This document shows, in pieces, positions 37,889 through 46,508 of a stretch of DNA of 64,000 nucleotides. Where the stretch lies: the IMG/VR virus record IMGVR_UViG_3300036781_000418, positions 62,001-126,000 of that record, one strand, 5' to 3'. Positions within the stretch are counted from its first letter, which is position 1, and each line of letters starts with the position of its first letter. A program made the translations under genes and the position numbers. The notes beneath the pieces were generated by a model. It had not been told where the DNA came from, searched no databases, and saw only the letters and a program-made list of their open reading frames with translations.

Positions 37889-39763
37889 TCAGCCCCAGCT
37901 AAAGGAGATGTTACCCACACTCATCAGTTCACCCGACTCAAAGTCGAAGATCTGCTGGCGGAGCTCGGTGAAGTCCTGACGGGCCTCAGACAGCAGCGTG
38001 TCACCGTTAAGGGTGATCGTACCGGCGGCGCCAGGAGTACCGGAGGAGTACTTGGACCGGATCAGGCCCAGCGTCTCCTTGCACTCGGCGATCGCCCAAC
38101 CCTGAATCCACTGCTTGCACCAACGGTCAAGCATAATTTCCTGCTCCGGGCGCTCAACCATGGCCTCAATGACGACCTTCTCGTTCTCCGGAATACGGCG
38201 CGTCACGTACAGTTCACGACGTGCTTCGTTCCACAGGAACGTGAACTCACCCGCAAAGACCTTCTGGAACTCCTGGGACAGCGAGTGAACCAAGTGAATG
38301 GACAGCAGGTCGGTGTGCTGGGACGAGTAGTACTGGTTTAGGAACGTCTGGAAGTAGATGTTGTTCTCACCAGACAAGGTCGTCGCGCCGAGGATGTTCA
38401 GACGGTGGATCTTCTGAACGATGACGATGCGGTCCGTGAAGTCGGCCGGCGAGTTCATGTAGTACGTCTGCTGGTCACGCAGGAAGGTGTACATGAAGAA
38501 GCGCCGTTCGTAGGCACCACCCGACAGCTGACGGTATGTGTCCAGTGCGTTGTCGATCGCGATGTTGAACTGCTCTTCCTGCAGCTCCACGCAACGAGCC
38601 GGCCAACCAAGCTGGGACTTTAGAATTTGGATGAGGCGCAGCCGTTCATCGTACGAGCCGTCCGACCCGATGCCCACCTTGTCGGTAGTTGGCGTGCCTT
38701 GCTGGTCCGTGTTCGCTTGAATCCACTTCGTGCCGGTGAAGGCCATCAGCTGGCGACGGCGGGTGTTGTAGAAGAGCAGGCCCTTGTATGGGGTTGGCAG
38801 TTCAAGGTTCTGCTGGACGAACGTGACCGTGAAGCCAGGCGTCATGCCACCCGCGTAGCTGAAGACGGTCGTTGAGTCGGTCGGAATCTGCCAGGTCGCA
38901 CCGTCCCAGTAAAAGATTCGACGTTCGGTGAGCGAGTAGAACATGTCGCCGACCGCCTTGTCAGTTGGAAAGTCAACCTGCATCACGATGGTGCCGTACG
39001 GTGCCCAGCCACCGCCAACTCGAACTTGGAAGTTTGCCGAGGTAACTGGCGTCCAAGCGGCGCCGTCGAAGATCAAGAGCTGGGAGGTGTAGAGGTAGAC
39101 CTGCCCAAGGATGCCAGGATCGGTTTCACCGGTGATGATGGAGTCCGCGCGCGTTGGAATCCAGATGCACATGTCACCGTCGTAGTACTGGACGATGTTC
39201 AGCTGTTTGTCGTAGTAGACTTGGCCGGGTACTGGGTTGAGCGGTGCCGACGGCAGAGACGGGATTGAGCCCGAGTACGTGAACGAATCCTTCTCAATCC
39301 GCGAGCTCTCAAGTGGGTACGACTGGACACCAATTGGGTAGTACTGCAGGATGTTCGTGCCAGCATGGACGGACGCGTAGTAGATCGTGTTCGCGTCGGT
39401 GCCGTTGACCGTGACGGTCCAGGTGGTCGTGCCGTCTGTAGATACGGTGCCGGTTGGAAACGGCTGGTTGAGGATCTTCGAGTAGAAGCCGACGACTTGG
39501 GCGTCCTCAATGGTCGAGGCGGTCGTGTCACCGTACATCGTGGACGCTACATAGGCCGTGCCGTCGACTGGGTAACGATCGGAGTCGACGGGCGAGGTGG
39601 CCAACGTGATGACCGCACCGTCCACGACGACCGAGCTGGTTGGTCGTGTGATGGTCAGAAGCAGTGAGGTCGGTGACGCCCGCTCCAGCACCAGGTTAAA
39701 CTTACGTGCGTCGATCCATAGGTCGTGGGTTGTGTTGTCGCTGATGCCGTCGGTCGTGGCCAT
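37889..39763 (-). CDS. gp13: Neck/head-tail adaptor, gp13-like, with a long N-terminal extension (624 aa)
   Basis: C-terminal ~230 aa carry LKSQLGWP..CVEL.EEQ...AID.AL, WCKQW...WAIAECKE.LG.IRSKY and G.ITLNG..L..EA. TAAATA at 39787-39792. Confidence 0.87.
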   Translation of the reverse strand: MATTDGISDNTTHDLWIDARKFNLVLERASPTSLLLTITRPTSSVVVDGAVITLATSPVDSDRYPVDGTAYVASTMYGDTTASTIEDAQVVGFYSKILNQPFPTGTVSTDGTTTWTVTVNGTDANTIYYASVHAGTNILQYYPIGVQSYPLESSRIEKDSFTYSGSIPSLPSAPLNPVPGQVYYDKQLNIVQYYDGDMCIWIPTRADSIITGETDPGILGQVYLYTSQLLIFDGAAWTPVTSANFQVRVGGGWAPYGTIVMQVDFPTDKAVGDMFYSLTERRIFYWDGATWQIPTDSTTVFSYAGGMTPGFTVTFVQQNLELPTPYKGLLFYNTRRRQLMAFTGTKWIQANTDQQGTPTTDKVGIGSDGSYDERLRLIQILKSQLGWPARCVELQEEQFNIAIDNALDTYRQLSGGAYERRFFMYTFLRDQQTYYMNSPADFTDRIVIVQKIHRLNILGATTLSGENNIYFQTFLNQYYSSQHTDLLSIHLVHSLSQEFQKVFAGEFTFLWNEARRELYVTRRIPENEKVVIEAMVERPEQEIMLDRWCKQWIQGWAIAECKETLGLIRSKYSSGTPGAAGTITLNGDTLLSEARQDFTELRQQIFDFESGELMSVGNISFSWG

Positions 39764-39813
39764 AGGGGCTCCATGTGATGCTTCCCTATTTAGGTGCCGA
39801 GCCGGCGTACGAT

Positions 39814-39949
39814 CGGCGACACGAGGCGACGACGGCGTCGCTCGGTCGGTCTACATACTGTACCTTACACGTCGTCGACCTTAGGTGCACCGGTGACACC
39901 GGTCGTCGCCGTAACGTGAACCCGCACTATCTGTCAGCTAATGCCTCTA
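39814..39949 (+). repeat. Dispersed structured intergenic element, copy 2
   Basis: CGGCGACACGAGGCGAC (39814-39830), CGTCGCTCGGTCG, a variable middle, GTCGTCGCCG, then core GTGAACCCGCACTATCTGTCAGCTAATGCCTCTA (39916-39949). Confidence 0.85.
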
Positions 39950-39962
39950 AAACGAAATCGCG

Positions 39963-40163
39963 ATGAGAACCGTACAGCACATGTTTATGCCCACGCAGAC
40001 GATCAACGGGGTGATCAAGAAGGCCAACCTTCATGACGTCACCCCGTTGGAGTTGATTGAGCTCAACACCTCGTTCAACGAACTGAACGAGGGTCGCGTG
40101 CCGAGACCCGGTCAGGTCTTCACCGTGCCGATCCTAGACCGTCACTCGTCTACTGGACCGTAG
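39963..40163 (+). CDS. Small LysM-like protein (66 aa)
   Basis: TI..VIKK......L.ELN......PRPGQVFTVP pattern. This is the only plausible plus-strand gene in the region. Confidence 0.5.
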   Translation: MRTVQHMFMPTQTINGVIKKANLHDVTPLELIELNTSFNELNEGRVPRPGQVFTVPILDRHSSTGP

Positions 40164-41269
40164 CACCACTTCATGCGGAGCTGGTCAAGCGTGTTGGTGG
40201 ACACGAGCGGCTTGACAATGACACGCCACTCCTCCACGGACATGGCGCCCTTGACAAAGGACGAGCTGAGGGTCAGGAATTCTGGCTTAGGCAGCAGGTA
40301 GCAGATCGTCACGTGCGGTGAGATCCGACGGTTTGCGTCCAACAGGGCGCGCTCGTACTCTAGGTCCGCCGCACCTCGAATTCCACGGAACAGAATTGTC
40401 GCTGACAAGTCCGACGCCGCGCCAGCTACTGACTTACGATCCTTTAGTCCAAGCACGATGATGTTCTGCTGCGGCAGGCTCTGAACGTCGTGCAGCACCA
40501 TCTCGTTGATCTCGAACTCGCTGAACAGCGTCTTCTTGGCCGGGTTGGACGCACAAACAACGTACAGACGGTCAACGCACTTGGCGGCCTCGTTGATCAT
40601 GTCAAGGTGTCCAAGCGTAATTGGGTCAAAGGTGCCAGCGAACGCGCCAATTCTGGCGGTAGCCGGAACTTTCGATTGGGCACGAACGTCGTTGATCAAG
40701 ATGGCGACTTGTCGGTCCACATCATAACAGGAGGTGTCGAGTGTACGAACCTTCTCTCCAACGCCAATCACGCTGCGGATGTCGTTTGCACGTTGGAGAC
40801 GCAGCACCGTGCTGATCTTTTCATTCGACCAACCACGCTCTTTCAACCGCTCCAGTTGAACATGCTCACGCACACTGGCGTGAACGATGAGGTCGGCTTC
40901 ACACACGGCTTGCTTATCGTCCATCATACCAAGGTGCGGGTACTCGACGATGACGTCCATGTTCTTCATGACGTTTGCGACGAACTGCAGCACATGGGGC
41001 TTCGTTTCAGCCTCCATGAACTCGCGAACTTCAGACTGCGCGAAGGCCACCTCACGAAGTTCACCAAGCCCGACCTCACGACCAATTAAGACCCACAGCG
41101 CGGTGCGCGAAGCCCGCATCTCGGGGGTTGTCTGGTTCGGCAGTCCGAACCAGTACTGGCGGATAAAAGCGTCTACACTGAAGACACTGTAGTCCCCAAG
41201 GCCGGCGCCGAGCTTCTCGACGATGGTTGATTTGCCCGAGGCTGCTTGGCCGACGACGATGATCTTCAT
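40142..41269 (-). CDS. coaE-coaD: Dephospho-CoA kinase-like / phosphopantetheine adenylyltransferase fusion (375 aa)
   Basis: N-terminal half has GQAASGKSTI...SVD..I, EYPHL and QLERLKERG..(CoaE-like). C-terminal half has AFAGTFDPITLGHLD, V..NPAKK.LFS, FRGIRG..DLEYE..L..ANR and SSS.VK (CoaD). Confidence 0.85.
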   Translation of the reverse strand: MKIIVVGQAASGKSTIVEKLGAGLGDYSVFSVDAFIRQYWFGLPNQTTPEMRASRTALWVLIGREVGLGELREVAFAQSEVREFMEAETKPHVLQFVANVMKNMDVIVEYPHLGMMDDKQAVCEADLIVHASVREHVQLERLKERGWSNEKISTVLRLQRANDIRSVIGVGEKVRTLDTSCYDVDRQVAILINDVRAQSKVPATARIGAFAGTFDPITLGHLDMINEAAKCVDRLYVVCASNPAKKTLFSEFEINEMVLHDVQSLPQQNIIVLGLKDRKSVAGAASDLSATILFRGIRGAADLEYERALLDANRRISPHVTICYLLPKPEFLTLSSSFVKGAMSVEEWRVIVKPLVSTNTLDQLRMKWCYGPVDE

Positions 41270-41270
41270 G

Positions 41271-41519
41271 TTAGTCCTTTGGAGTTACGCCGTAGGAAAC
41301 CTCGGCTTCGGTGATGAGCAGAATGCGCTCGACGTTCAACTGCTGCAGGGCCGTCTTGTGTAGCGCAGCGTCCATGACCTGTTGGTTGCGGATCAAGTTG
41401 CCAAGTCGAATCCGCATCTTGTTGAGGAGCGCAAGCCGCGTGTTGATCTCGTCCAGTCGCGACGTTGAAGGTGGCGCCGAGTTTGGAGGGTTAAAGAGGC
41501 GACGGATGAAGCTCAGCAT
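41271..41519 (-). CDS. Hypothetical protein (82 aa)
   Basis: Probable start MLSFIRRLF, overlapping the upstream stop. Helical composition. Confidence 0.55.
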   Translation of the reverse strand: MLSFIRRLFNPPNSAPPSTSRLDEINTRLALLNKMRIRLGNLIRNQQVMDAALHKTALQQLNVERILLITEAEVSYGVTPKD

Positions 41520-41965
41520 TGGTGCTGTCCCTTCAACTCCATCAGCTTGTCCAGCAGCTTTTGCTCGGTTCTGAGGGTGTTGTTGGCCAGCTTGATCTCC
41601 ATGTCCATTTGATTGACGCGCTGTTGGGCCTCCATGAGCATCCGAGTGAACAACGACTCGGATAGCTCCTGCACCATCGTGTCGCCGTTCTCGATGCGCC
41701 ACGGAACGTTCTCGTTGGTGGACGGGCGGTTGATGCGAATTCCATGACGCCGTCCGTATAGGTCCACCATGTAGGCGGAGTACTCCTCACGCCGGAATTG
41801 GTTGTAGTTAGCGTCAACTTCAGGGGTAATCTGCACGTAGCCACGCAACCAACCAGGTGAATCCGTGCAGACGAACTTCGCCGGGATGTTGTACCGATGG
41901 CGTCCACGCACGGTCAGGTGATACCACTGATCAGGAAAAACTTGAAGCAAATTTATCAGACGCAT
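41513..41965 (-). CDS. Hypothetical protein with C-terminal coiled coil (150 aa)
   Basis: GGAGGT RBS upstream and part of a coupled operon. Confidence 0.7.
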   Translation of the reverse strand: MRLINLLQVFPDQWYHLTVRGRHRYNIPAKFVCTDSPGWLRGYVQITPEVDANYNQFRREEYSAYMVDLYGRRHGIRINRPSTNENVPWRIENGDTMVQELSESLFTRMLMEAQQRVNQMDMEIKLANNTLRTEQKLLDKLMELKGQHQC

Positions 41966-42021
41966 GAGCGCACCTCCGTGCGCATCATATAACGACGCCG
42001 TTGCAGCGTTGCCGACGGCGA

Positions 42022-42882
42022 TCAGGACCTCAGCAGCGCGTAACCCGATTCAGCCGAGTTGAACGTCACCGTGAACTGATTCGAGTTGTCATAGGTCACG
42101 TCGGCCGGCTGAACCGGCTTCACCCCACCGACGGTGTTCACGAAGAAGGAGTGCATGCAGATGAACGGTGCTGCCAGGTTCATGTTGTGCACGATGATCC
42201 AGGTAGTCGAGGTCACGGACTGTGTGTACCTGAACGACGTGCCCGCACTGGCTGAGTTAGCCACGGACCAGATGTTCGACGGTGAACCTGACCAGATCAT
42301 CAATGAACCTGACGTGGTGTTGTACCAGGTCTGTCCCTGGAACGGATTCAGCGGTGCGGACGGGCCGGCAAAGTTCTGAATGGACATGATCAGGTTGTCC
42401 TGCATGCCCTCACCCCACATGATTGCGTCACGTCCGAAGAGGTTGATCGGTCGATCCGTATAGAGCTGACGCTCAAGGACCAACTTGCTGGCTTCGCCGG
42501 TAATCGGCAGCAGGTAGGTGCTGACGTTGTTGACGCTGCCAGTCGTCAGCTCCGCGCCGGTACCAGCCGGAAGTGTATCACGTAGAAAGATGCGGGTGTT
42601 ACCGCCGACCAGGGCGACCGACACGTTCGGATCTGAGTTGGAAGTCGGCGTGTAGACCGTGTAGGTGCCGGTAAACCGATCATTGTCCACCAGCTGCAGG
42701 GTGGTGGCTGGCAAGACGGTCGTGTCGGCCGGTTGCGCTTGGTAGTACGGGGTCCGAACTCCGGCCGAACTGATCCACTCCTTACCATGGAACATGGCGG
42801 TGTAGTCAAGGGCGACCTCAAGGTACGACAGCACGCCGGGACCTGAGCTTGGAACGATGTTGACGATGGCTAGAATGTTCAT
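42022..42882 (-). CDS. Virion structural protein, probably fibre- or baseplate-associated (286 aa)
   Basis: QNFAGPSAPLNPFQGQTWYNT motif typical of jumbo-phage structural proteins, and a W.I.HN(L)-type C-terminal beta domain. Late promoter upstream. Confidence 0.72.
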   Translation of the reverse strand: MNILAIVNIVPSSGPGVLSYLEVALDYTAMFHGKEWISSAGVRTPYYQAQPADTTVLPATTLQLVDNDRFTGTYTVYTPTSNSDPNVSVALVGGNTRIFLRDTLPAGTGAELTTGSVNNVSTYLLPITGEASKLVLERQLYTDRPINLFGRDAIMWGEGMQDNLIMSIQNFAGPSAPLNPFQGQTWYNTTSGSLMIWSGSPSNIWSVANSASAGTSFRYTQSVTSTTWIIVHNMNLAAPFICMHSFFVNTVGGVKPVQPADVTYDNSNQFTVTFNSAESGYALLRS

Positions 42883-42885
42883 GCG

Positions 42886-42912
42886 AAAATAGGACCGTGT
42901 AGGTCCTATTTA
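42886..42912 (-). promoter_or_regulatory. Late promoter TAAATA in the 5' arm of a 10-bp hairpin
   Basis: AAATAGGACC 42887-42896 pairs with GGTCCTATTT 42902-42911. Confidence 0.68.
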
Positions 42913-42918
42913 GTGAGC

Positions 42919-43116
42919 TCACCACATGCCGTCGGTGAACCATTCCTGCTCAGAGCTTCGCTTCTCTCGATTGTCCTGCTCGATCATCTCTTGCATGGTG
43001 GTGTAGACGTTCTCACCACAGTCTAGACAGCACTCAGTGAAGGTCTGCATGTTCCGGTGCTTGCAGCTTTGGAAGCGCTCGATGCGCTTCGCCAGCTTCT
43101 GAGAGTCCCAGGTCAC
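42919..43116 (-). CDS. Small Zn-ribbon-like hypothetical protein (65 aa)
   Basis: GTG start overlapping the upstream TGA. CKH...CCLDCG motif. Confidence 0.55.
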   Translation of the reverse strand: MTWDSQKLAKRIERFQSCKHRNMQTFTECCLDCGENVYTTMQEMIEQDNREKRSSEQEWFTDGMW

Positions 43117-43697
43117 GTGTACAGCTTCTCGAGCAAACCGACGTTGTCGCCGTGGACTGGGGCCACCCAGCCAGTCGGCTTGATCATGTCCGGCAAGCCG
43201 AGCGGATTTGGGCGCTCTGGCTTGATGCCAGGTTCCTTCTGCATGTTGGCGGCCATGACGCGAGTCCAAGCTTCGTCCGCGTCGACGTCGAGGGCGTTCA
43301 GTGTGCCGATCGCCACGACACAGAGGTCGATCATCGCGTCCACGACGTCGTCGGCCGCGGAGTTGCCGTTCGCCTTGGCCGCTTCACCGTTGACGGTGGA
43401 CGAGCTCAGCAGCACAGCGTAGGCGGTCTTGGCCTCGTCCAACTCTTCCTGTAGGAAGTTCAGACGGAACTGGAGGTAGGCCAGCAGCTTTGACTTGTCG
43501 AACTGACTGACGGCGTCGTTGACGCCGAACTTGTGATGCATCTCGGAGATGTCGTACACCCACTCTGATGGTTCAGCGTGTCCCTCACCAATGGAGGCCA
43601 AGGCGTTGATCAGGCTCTGAGCGCCCGTTCGAGCTTCCTCGCCCAGGGCGGACAGCTCCTTGTTGATTTCATTGATTGCGTTTCGTAGATCGGACAT
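43113..43697 (-). CDS. MazG-like / PRA-PH all-alpha NTP pyrophosphohydrolase (194 aa)
   Basis: LQEELDE...VVDAMIDL.VVAIG...AW.RVM.AN..K, plus a D(M/L)IKP.GW.AP C-terminus. Confidence 0.85.
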   Translation of the reverse strand: MSDLRNAINEINKELSALGEEARTGAQSLINALASIGEGHAEPSEWVYDISEMHHKFGVNDAVSQFDKSKLLAYLQFRLNFLQEELDEAKTAYAVLLSSSTVNGEAAKANGNSAADDVVDAMIDLCVVAIGTLNALDVDADEAWTRVMAANMQKEPGIKPERPNPLGLPDMIKPTGWVAPVHGDNVGLLEKLYT

Positions 43698-43759
43698 TTT
43701 CTCTCCATTAAAGCAGCCAACCGGCTGCGGGAGAGTAAGGTGTATTCTACGACGACGGC

Positions 43760-44353
43760 TTAGATGCCGATCCCCAGCTTGTGTTCAATGAGCTGCATCA
43801 GTGGGTCGTTGGCGTCGTTGAACTTCAAGGCTGACTCGACCCAAAGCTTACGGCGATCTTCATCGTATGGATTGGACGCTGGAGCCAGCTTGGTGATGGC
43901 CTTGCTCCAATCGATGATGCCCAAAATTACGAACTCATCGTGCTTCCAGTTGGTGTAGGCTGCGATGATTACGTGCACTGGCTTTTTTTCACGAAGGGCC
44001 ATGCGCGTCCACTCAGCGTCCTGCGAAACGGACGCTGAGATGTTCTGGCTCAGCACCTGAACGCCACCCTCGACTTCATGCCACCCCATGGCCTTCACGT
44101 CGTACCATACCCCGTAGGCCTTAAAGTCAAACTTATACTCCTTCTCAAACGAGGTGTACTCAACGTTGTTGATCGTGAACAGCCACTTAAGGGTGAGCTC
44201 CACCGCCAAGCCGATGCGCATGTTGTGGTGCTTAAGATCGAGTGCCAGGTCAGTATAACTGCGCGGGTACTGCAAAAGCAGGTGCTGCTGGATAAAGTTC
44301 GGCGTGTGAAACCGTGTGCCAGTGTCTATTCTGAACCCAGTTCTGGTTGCCAT
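43760..44353 (-). CDS. PD-(D/E)XK-like nuclease (197 aa)
   Basis: G...E helix followed by FDF...YDVK catalytic-like spacing. More AT-rich than its flanks. Confidence 0.55.
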   Translation of the reverse strand: MATRTGFRIDTGTRFHTPNFIQQHLLLQYPRSYTDLALDLKHHNMRIGLAVELTLKWLFTINNVEYTSFEKEYKFDFKAYGVWYDVKAMGWHEVEGGVQVLSQNISASVSQDAEWTRMALREKKPVHVIIAAYTNWKHDEFVILGIIDWSKAITKLAPASNPYDEDRRKLWVESALKFNDANDPLMQLIEHKLGIGI

Positions 44354-44541
44354 AAATTATCCACCTTTGAAGGGTCAACTGGATCTACGGTGGCTAGCTC
44401 AGTTAAGAGCAGCCTACCGTCGATGTAGGTGAGCAGCCGCGTCGCCCACTCATCTGGGCCTGCAACGCCGGTACACGGCGTGCAGACGGTGATGGTCTTT
44501 GTGGAGGCTTTGATCGCCTCCACCAGCTGCTCAATCGTCAT
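44326..44541 (-). CDS. Hypothetical protein (71 aa)
   Basis: Fits between neighbouring genes on the operon strand. Confidence 0.5.
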   Translation of the reverse strand: MTIEQLVEAIKASTKTITVCTPCTGVAGPDEWATRLLTYIDGRLLLTELATVDPVDPSKVDNLWQPELGSE

Positions 44542-44544
44542 GGT

Positions 44545-44946
44545 TTAGCGAATGTTCTTGATTGAGGAACCAGCCATGGCGTACGTGCCCATCAGGTCAC
44601 GATGGTTGCCGGACCAGTGCCACTTGTTCTCGATGAACGCGCGGAACGAGCCACCGTCAAGGTTGATGTTCTCGTCGACTGAGAATTCAAACATCGTGAT
44701 GACGTCTTCATAGTCGGACGAGTGGTCTTCTGGGAAGTTGATCTCGAACTCAAAGTCCTTTAGCGCCATCACGTCCTTGACCTTCTTCACCTTCTTGACG
44801 GCCAGTTGCAGGTCGGCAAGCAAGCGCTCTTGGTAGGCCGCAACGGCCTCGGCGTACTCGGCCTTGTGGGTTTCAAGGTTCTTCTGGAGGGTGGAGATCA
44901 GTAGGAGTCGGTTGACGTTGACCGAACGTTGATGGGCATGCAGCAT
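44545..44946 (-). CDS. Hypothetical helical protein (133 aa)
   Basis: Probable start MLHAHQRSV. A TACAAT -10-like box lies upstream at 44977-44982. Confidence 0.65.
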   Translation of the reverse strand: MLHAHQRSVNVNRLLLISTLQKNLETHKAEYAEAVAAYQERLLADLQLAVKKVKKVKDVMALKDFEFEINFPEDHSSDYEDVITMFEFSVDENINLDGGSFRAFIENKWHWSGNHRDLMGTYAMAGSSIKNIR

Positions 44947-45018
44947 GGGTGACACCGGGTGGGTTGATGAAGTGTCATTGTATGATCCCACCAACCCAAC
45001 GGTCACCTGAACGAAGGA

Positions 45019-45396
45019 TCAACTGCCAATTGAGAACTCAAGCTTCAACGTCTCCTTGACGTCAAGCTGGATGTAGTAAAGGTCGACGAACGCGATAATC
45101 GCGTTGTTGTCCGGCGTCGCTAGCACGGCCATGTCGATCAGCTGGACGCGTGGGTCGAAGTCGATCACTTGGTTCAAGTCGTCACGCACGATCTGCAGGG
45201 TTTGCTCGTCTAGTGGCTCAAAGGCGAGCAGTGGAATTCGCGTGCCAAAGTCGGCGCGGTGCGGGCGTTCACCACGTAGCGTGTAGATGTGGTTCATCAG
45301 GTCCGCCTTTACCGTCTCTTGGTTTGAGATGGCGAACGTCGTACGTGACTGCAGGAACTTTGCGGTTGAGAAGCCGCGGTACAGAGGAATCGGCAT
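45019..45396 (-). CDS. gp25: Baseplate wedge subunit, gp25-like
   Basis: YRGFST...VKADLMNHI.T.RGER..R.DFGT.I..L.FEPL...DPRV signature. Confidence 0.92.
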   Translation of the reverse strand: MPIPLYRGFSTAKFLQSRTTFAISNQETVKADLMNHIYTLRGERPHRADFGTRIPLLAFEPLDEQTLQIVRDDLNQVIDFDPRVQLIDMAVLATPDNNAIIAFVDLYYIQLDVKETLKLEFSIGS

Positions 45397-45398
45397 GA

Positions 45399-46508
45399 TC
45401 AGGCTTTCCAATTTTCATTTCGTGAACCCTTCGTGCCAGCACGAGTCCAAGGCTCGTGGGCCGGTACGATGGTTGGTGTATCTGGACAAGTGGCCGAGGC
45501 GGCTTGTGGTCCGTTCAAGTGAATGTTTGATCCGGTCTGCAGGATGTTGCTAGCCGCGAGAATGTTGAAGTCGGCGTTCGATTCAAGGTTAACGCCGTTT
45601 CCGGCAGCATGGAGCGCACCACACGCCGCAAGCTTCACATCAGCACTGGCCTGCAGGTTGATGTTGCCACCGGCCTGCAGTGAGAAGTCCTTCGCCACCG
45701 TGATGTTCAATGAACCGTCCGTGGTGATCGCCATGTCGTCGCCGGCGTAGATGTGCACGCGACCGTCTTGGTCAAGCTCAACCCACGCTGCACCTCGGGC
45801 CGTGGAGATGTAGACCCGTTCGTTTGCGTCGTCCAACAGGATCTGGTGGCCAGCTGCCGTGACGATTCGAGTGCGACCCGTCGTTGGGTTGTCCTGCATG
45901 ATAAGGGCATGACGACCAGGTGTCGTGAGCGAGTACGTCTGTGGGTCGTAGTTCGCCTTGCCACTGTCCAACGTTGGATCGACTACGTTCGTCTGGTAGC
46001 CCTCGTTGCCGTCCTTCTCAGTCTGGGCCTGCGCGACCTGGCGCTCGTAGACGCCACGAGTCATGGCCTCCGAGGCGGTGAGGTTGCCGTTGAACTGGGC
46101 TTGGAGGTTGGACGCCGCCGGCTCCAACGCCGACAGCACGTCCGTGACTGGTCCTGATTGATTACGGCCGTGTGGTAGCGAACGGTTGCCGTGGTCGCGC
46201 CAGATGGAGCCCATCAGCACGCGTCGGTTTGGATCTCCGTACAGAAACCCAACGATGACGACTGCGCCGGTCTTCGGTGGCAGCACGAGGCCGTAGCCCG
46301 TCAACCCTGAAGCGACGGCCGCAGTTGGACCAGCTGGATAGTCCCGAGTCTGACCACCAAGCTGGCTCATGTACTTTGCCCATGGCAGCTCCGCAACCTT
46401 GTATGAGTCGCCGTCAATGGCTGGCACCCACACCTTGACGCGGTTCATCTGCTGAGGATCGTTGGTGTCAACTACAACACCCTCTTCAAGGAACGGACGC
46501 GAGCTCAT
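45399..46508 (-). CDS. gp5: Baseplate central spike, gp5/VgrG-like OB fold plus beta-helix, no lysozyme (369 aa)
   Basis: GVVVDTNDP....RVKVW.P...LPWA OB fold, then TAAGHQILLDD, GAAWVELDQDG.VHI and beta-helix repeats ending NIHLNG...HEPW. Confidence 0.88.
   Translation of the reverse strand: MSSRPFLEEGVVVDTNDPQQMNRVKVWVPAIDGDSYKVAELPWAKYMSQLGGQTRDYPAGPTAAVASGLTGYGLVLPPKTGAVVIVGFLYGDPNRRVLMGSIWRDHGNRSLPHGRNQSGPVTDVLSALEPAASNLQAQFNGNLTASEAMTRGVYERQVAQAQTEKDGNEGYQTNVVDPTLDSGKANYDPQTYSLTTPGRHALIMQDNPTTGRTRIVTAAGHQILLDDANERVYISTARGAAWVELDQDGRVHIYAGDDMAITTDGSLNITVAKDFSLQAGGNINLQASADVKLAACGALHAAGNGVNLESNADFNILAASNILQTGSNIHLNGPQAASATCPDTPTIVPAHEPWTRAGTKGSRNENWKA

Noticed and set aside
37529-38341. 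270-aa plus-strand ORF spanning the gp13/gp14 junction
   Set aside because: It is antisense to two conserved neck genes and crosses their promoter, and it has no motifs.
39775-39966. ORF reading through the repeat core (…NPHYLSANAS…) as a conserved peptide
   Set aside because: The three copies have different upstream and downstream frames, lack an RBS, and one lies convergent to a real gene. Conservation is better explained at the nucleotide level.
41513-41965. MRLINLLQ as another capsid-targeting leader
   Set aside because: It lacks the terminal Glu and lies in an apparently non-late operon with a canonical RBS.
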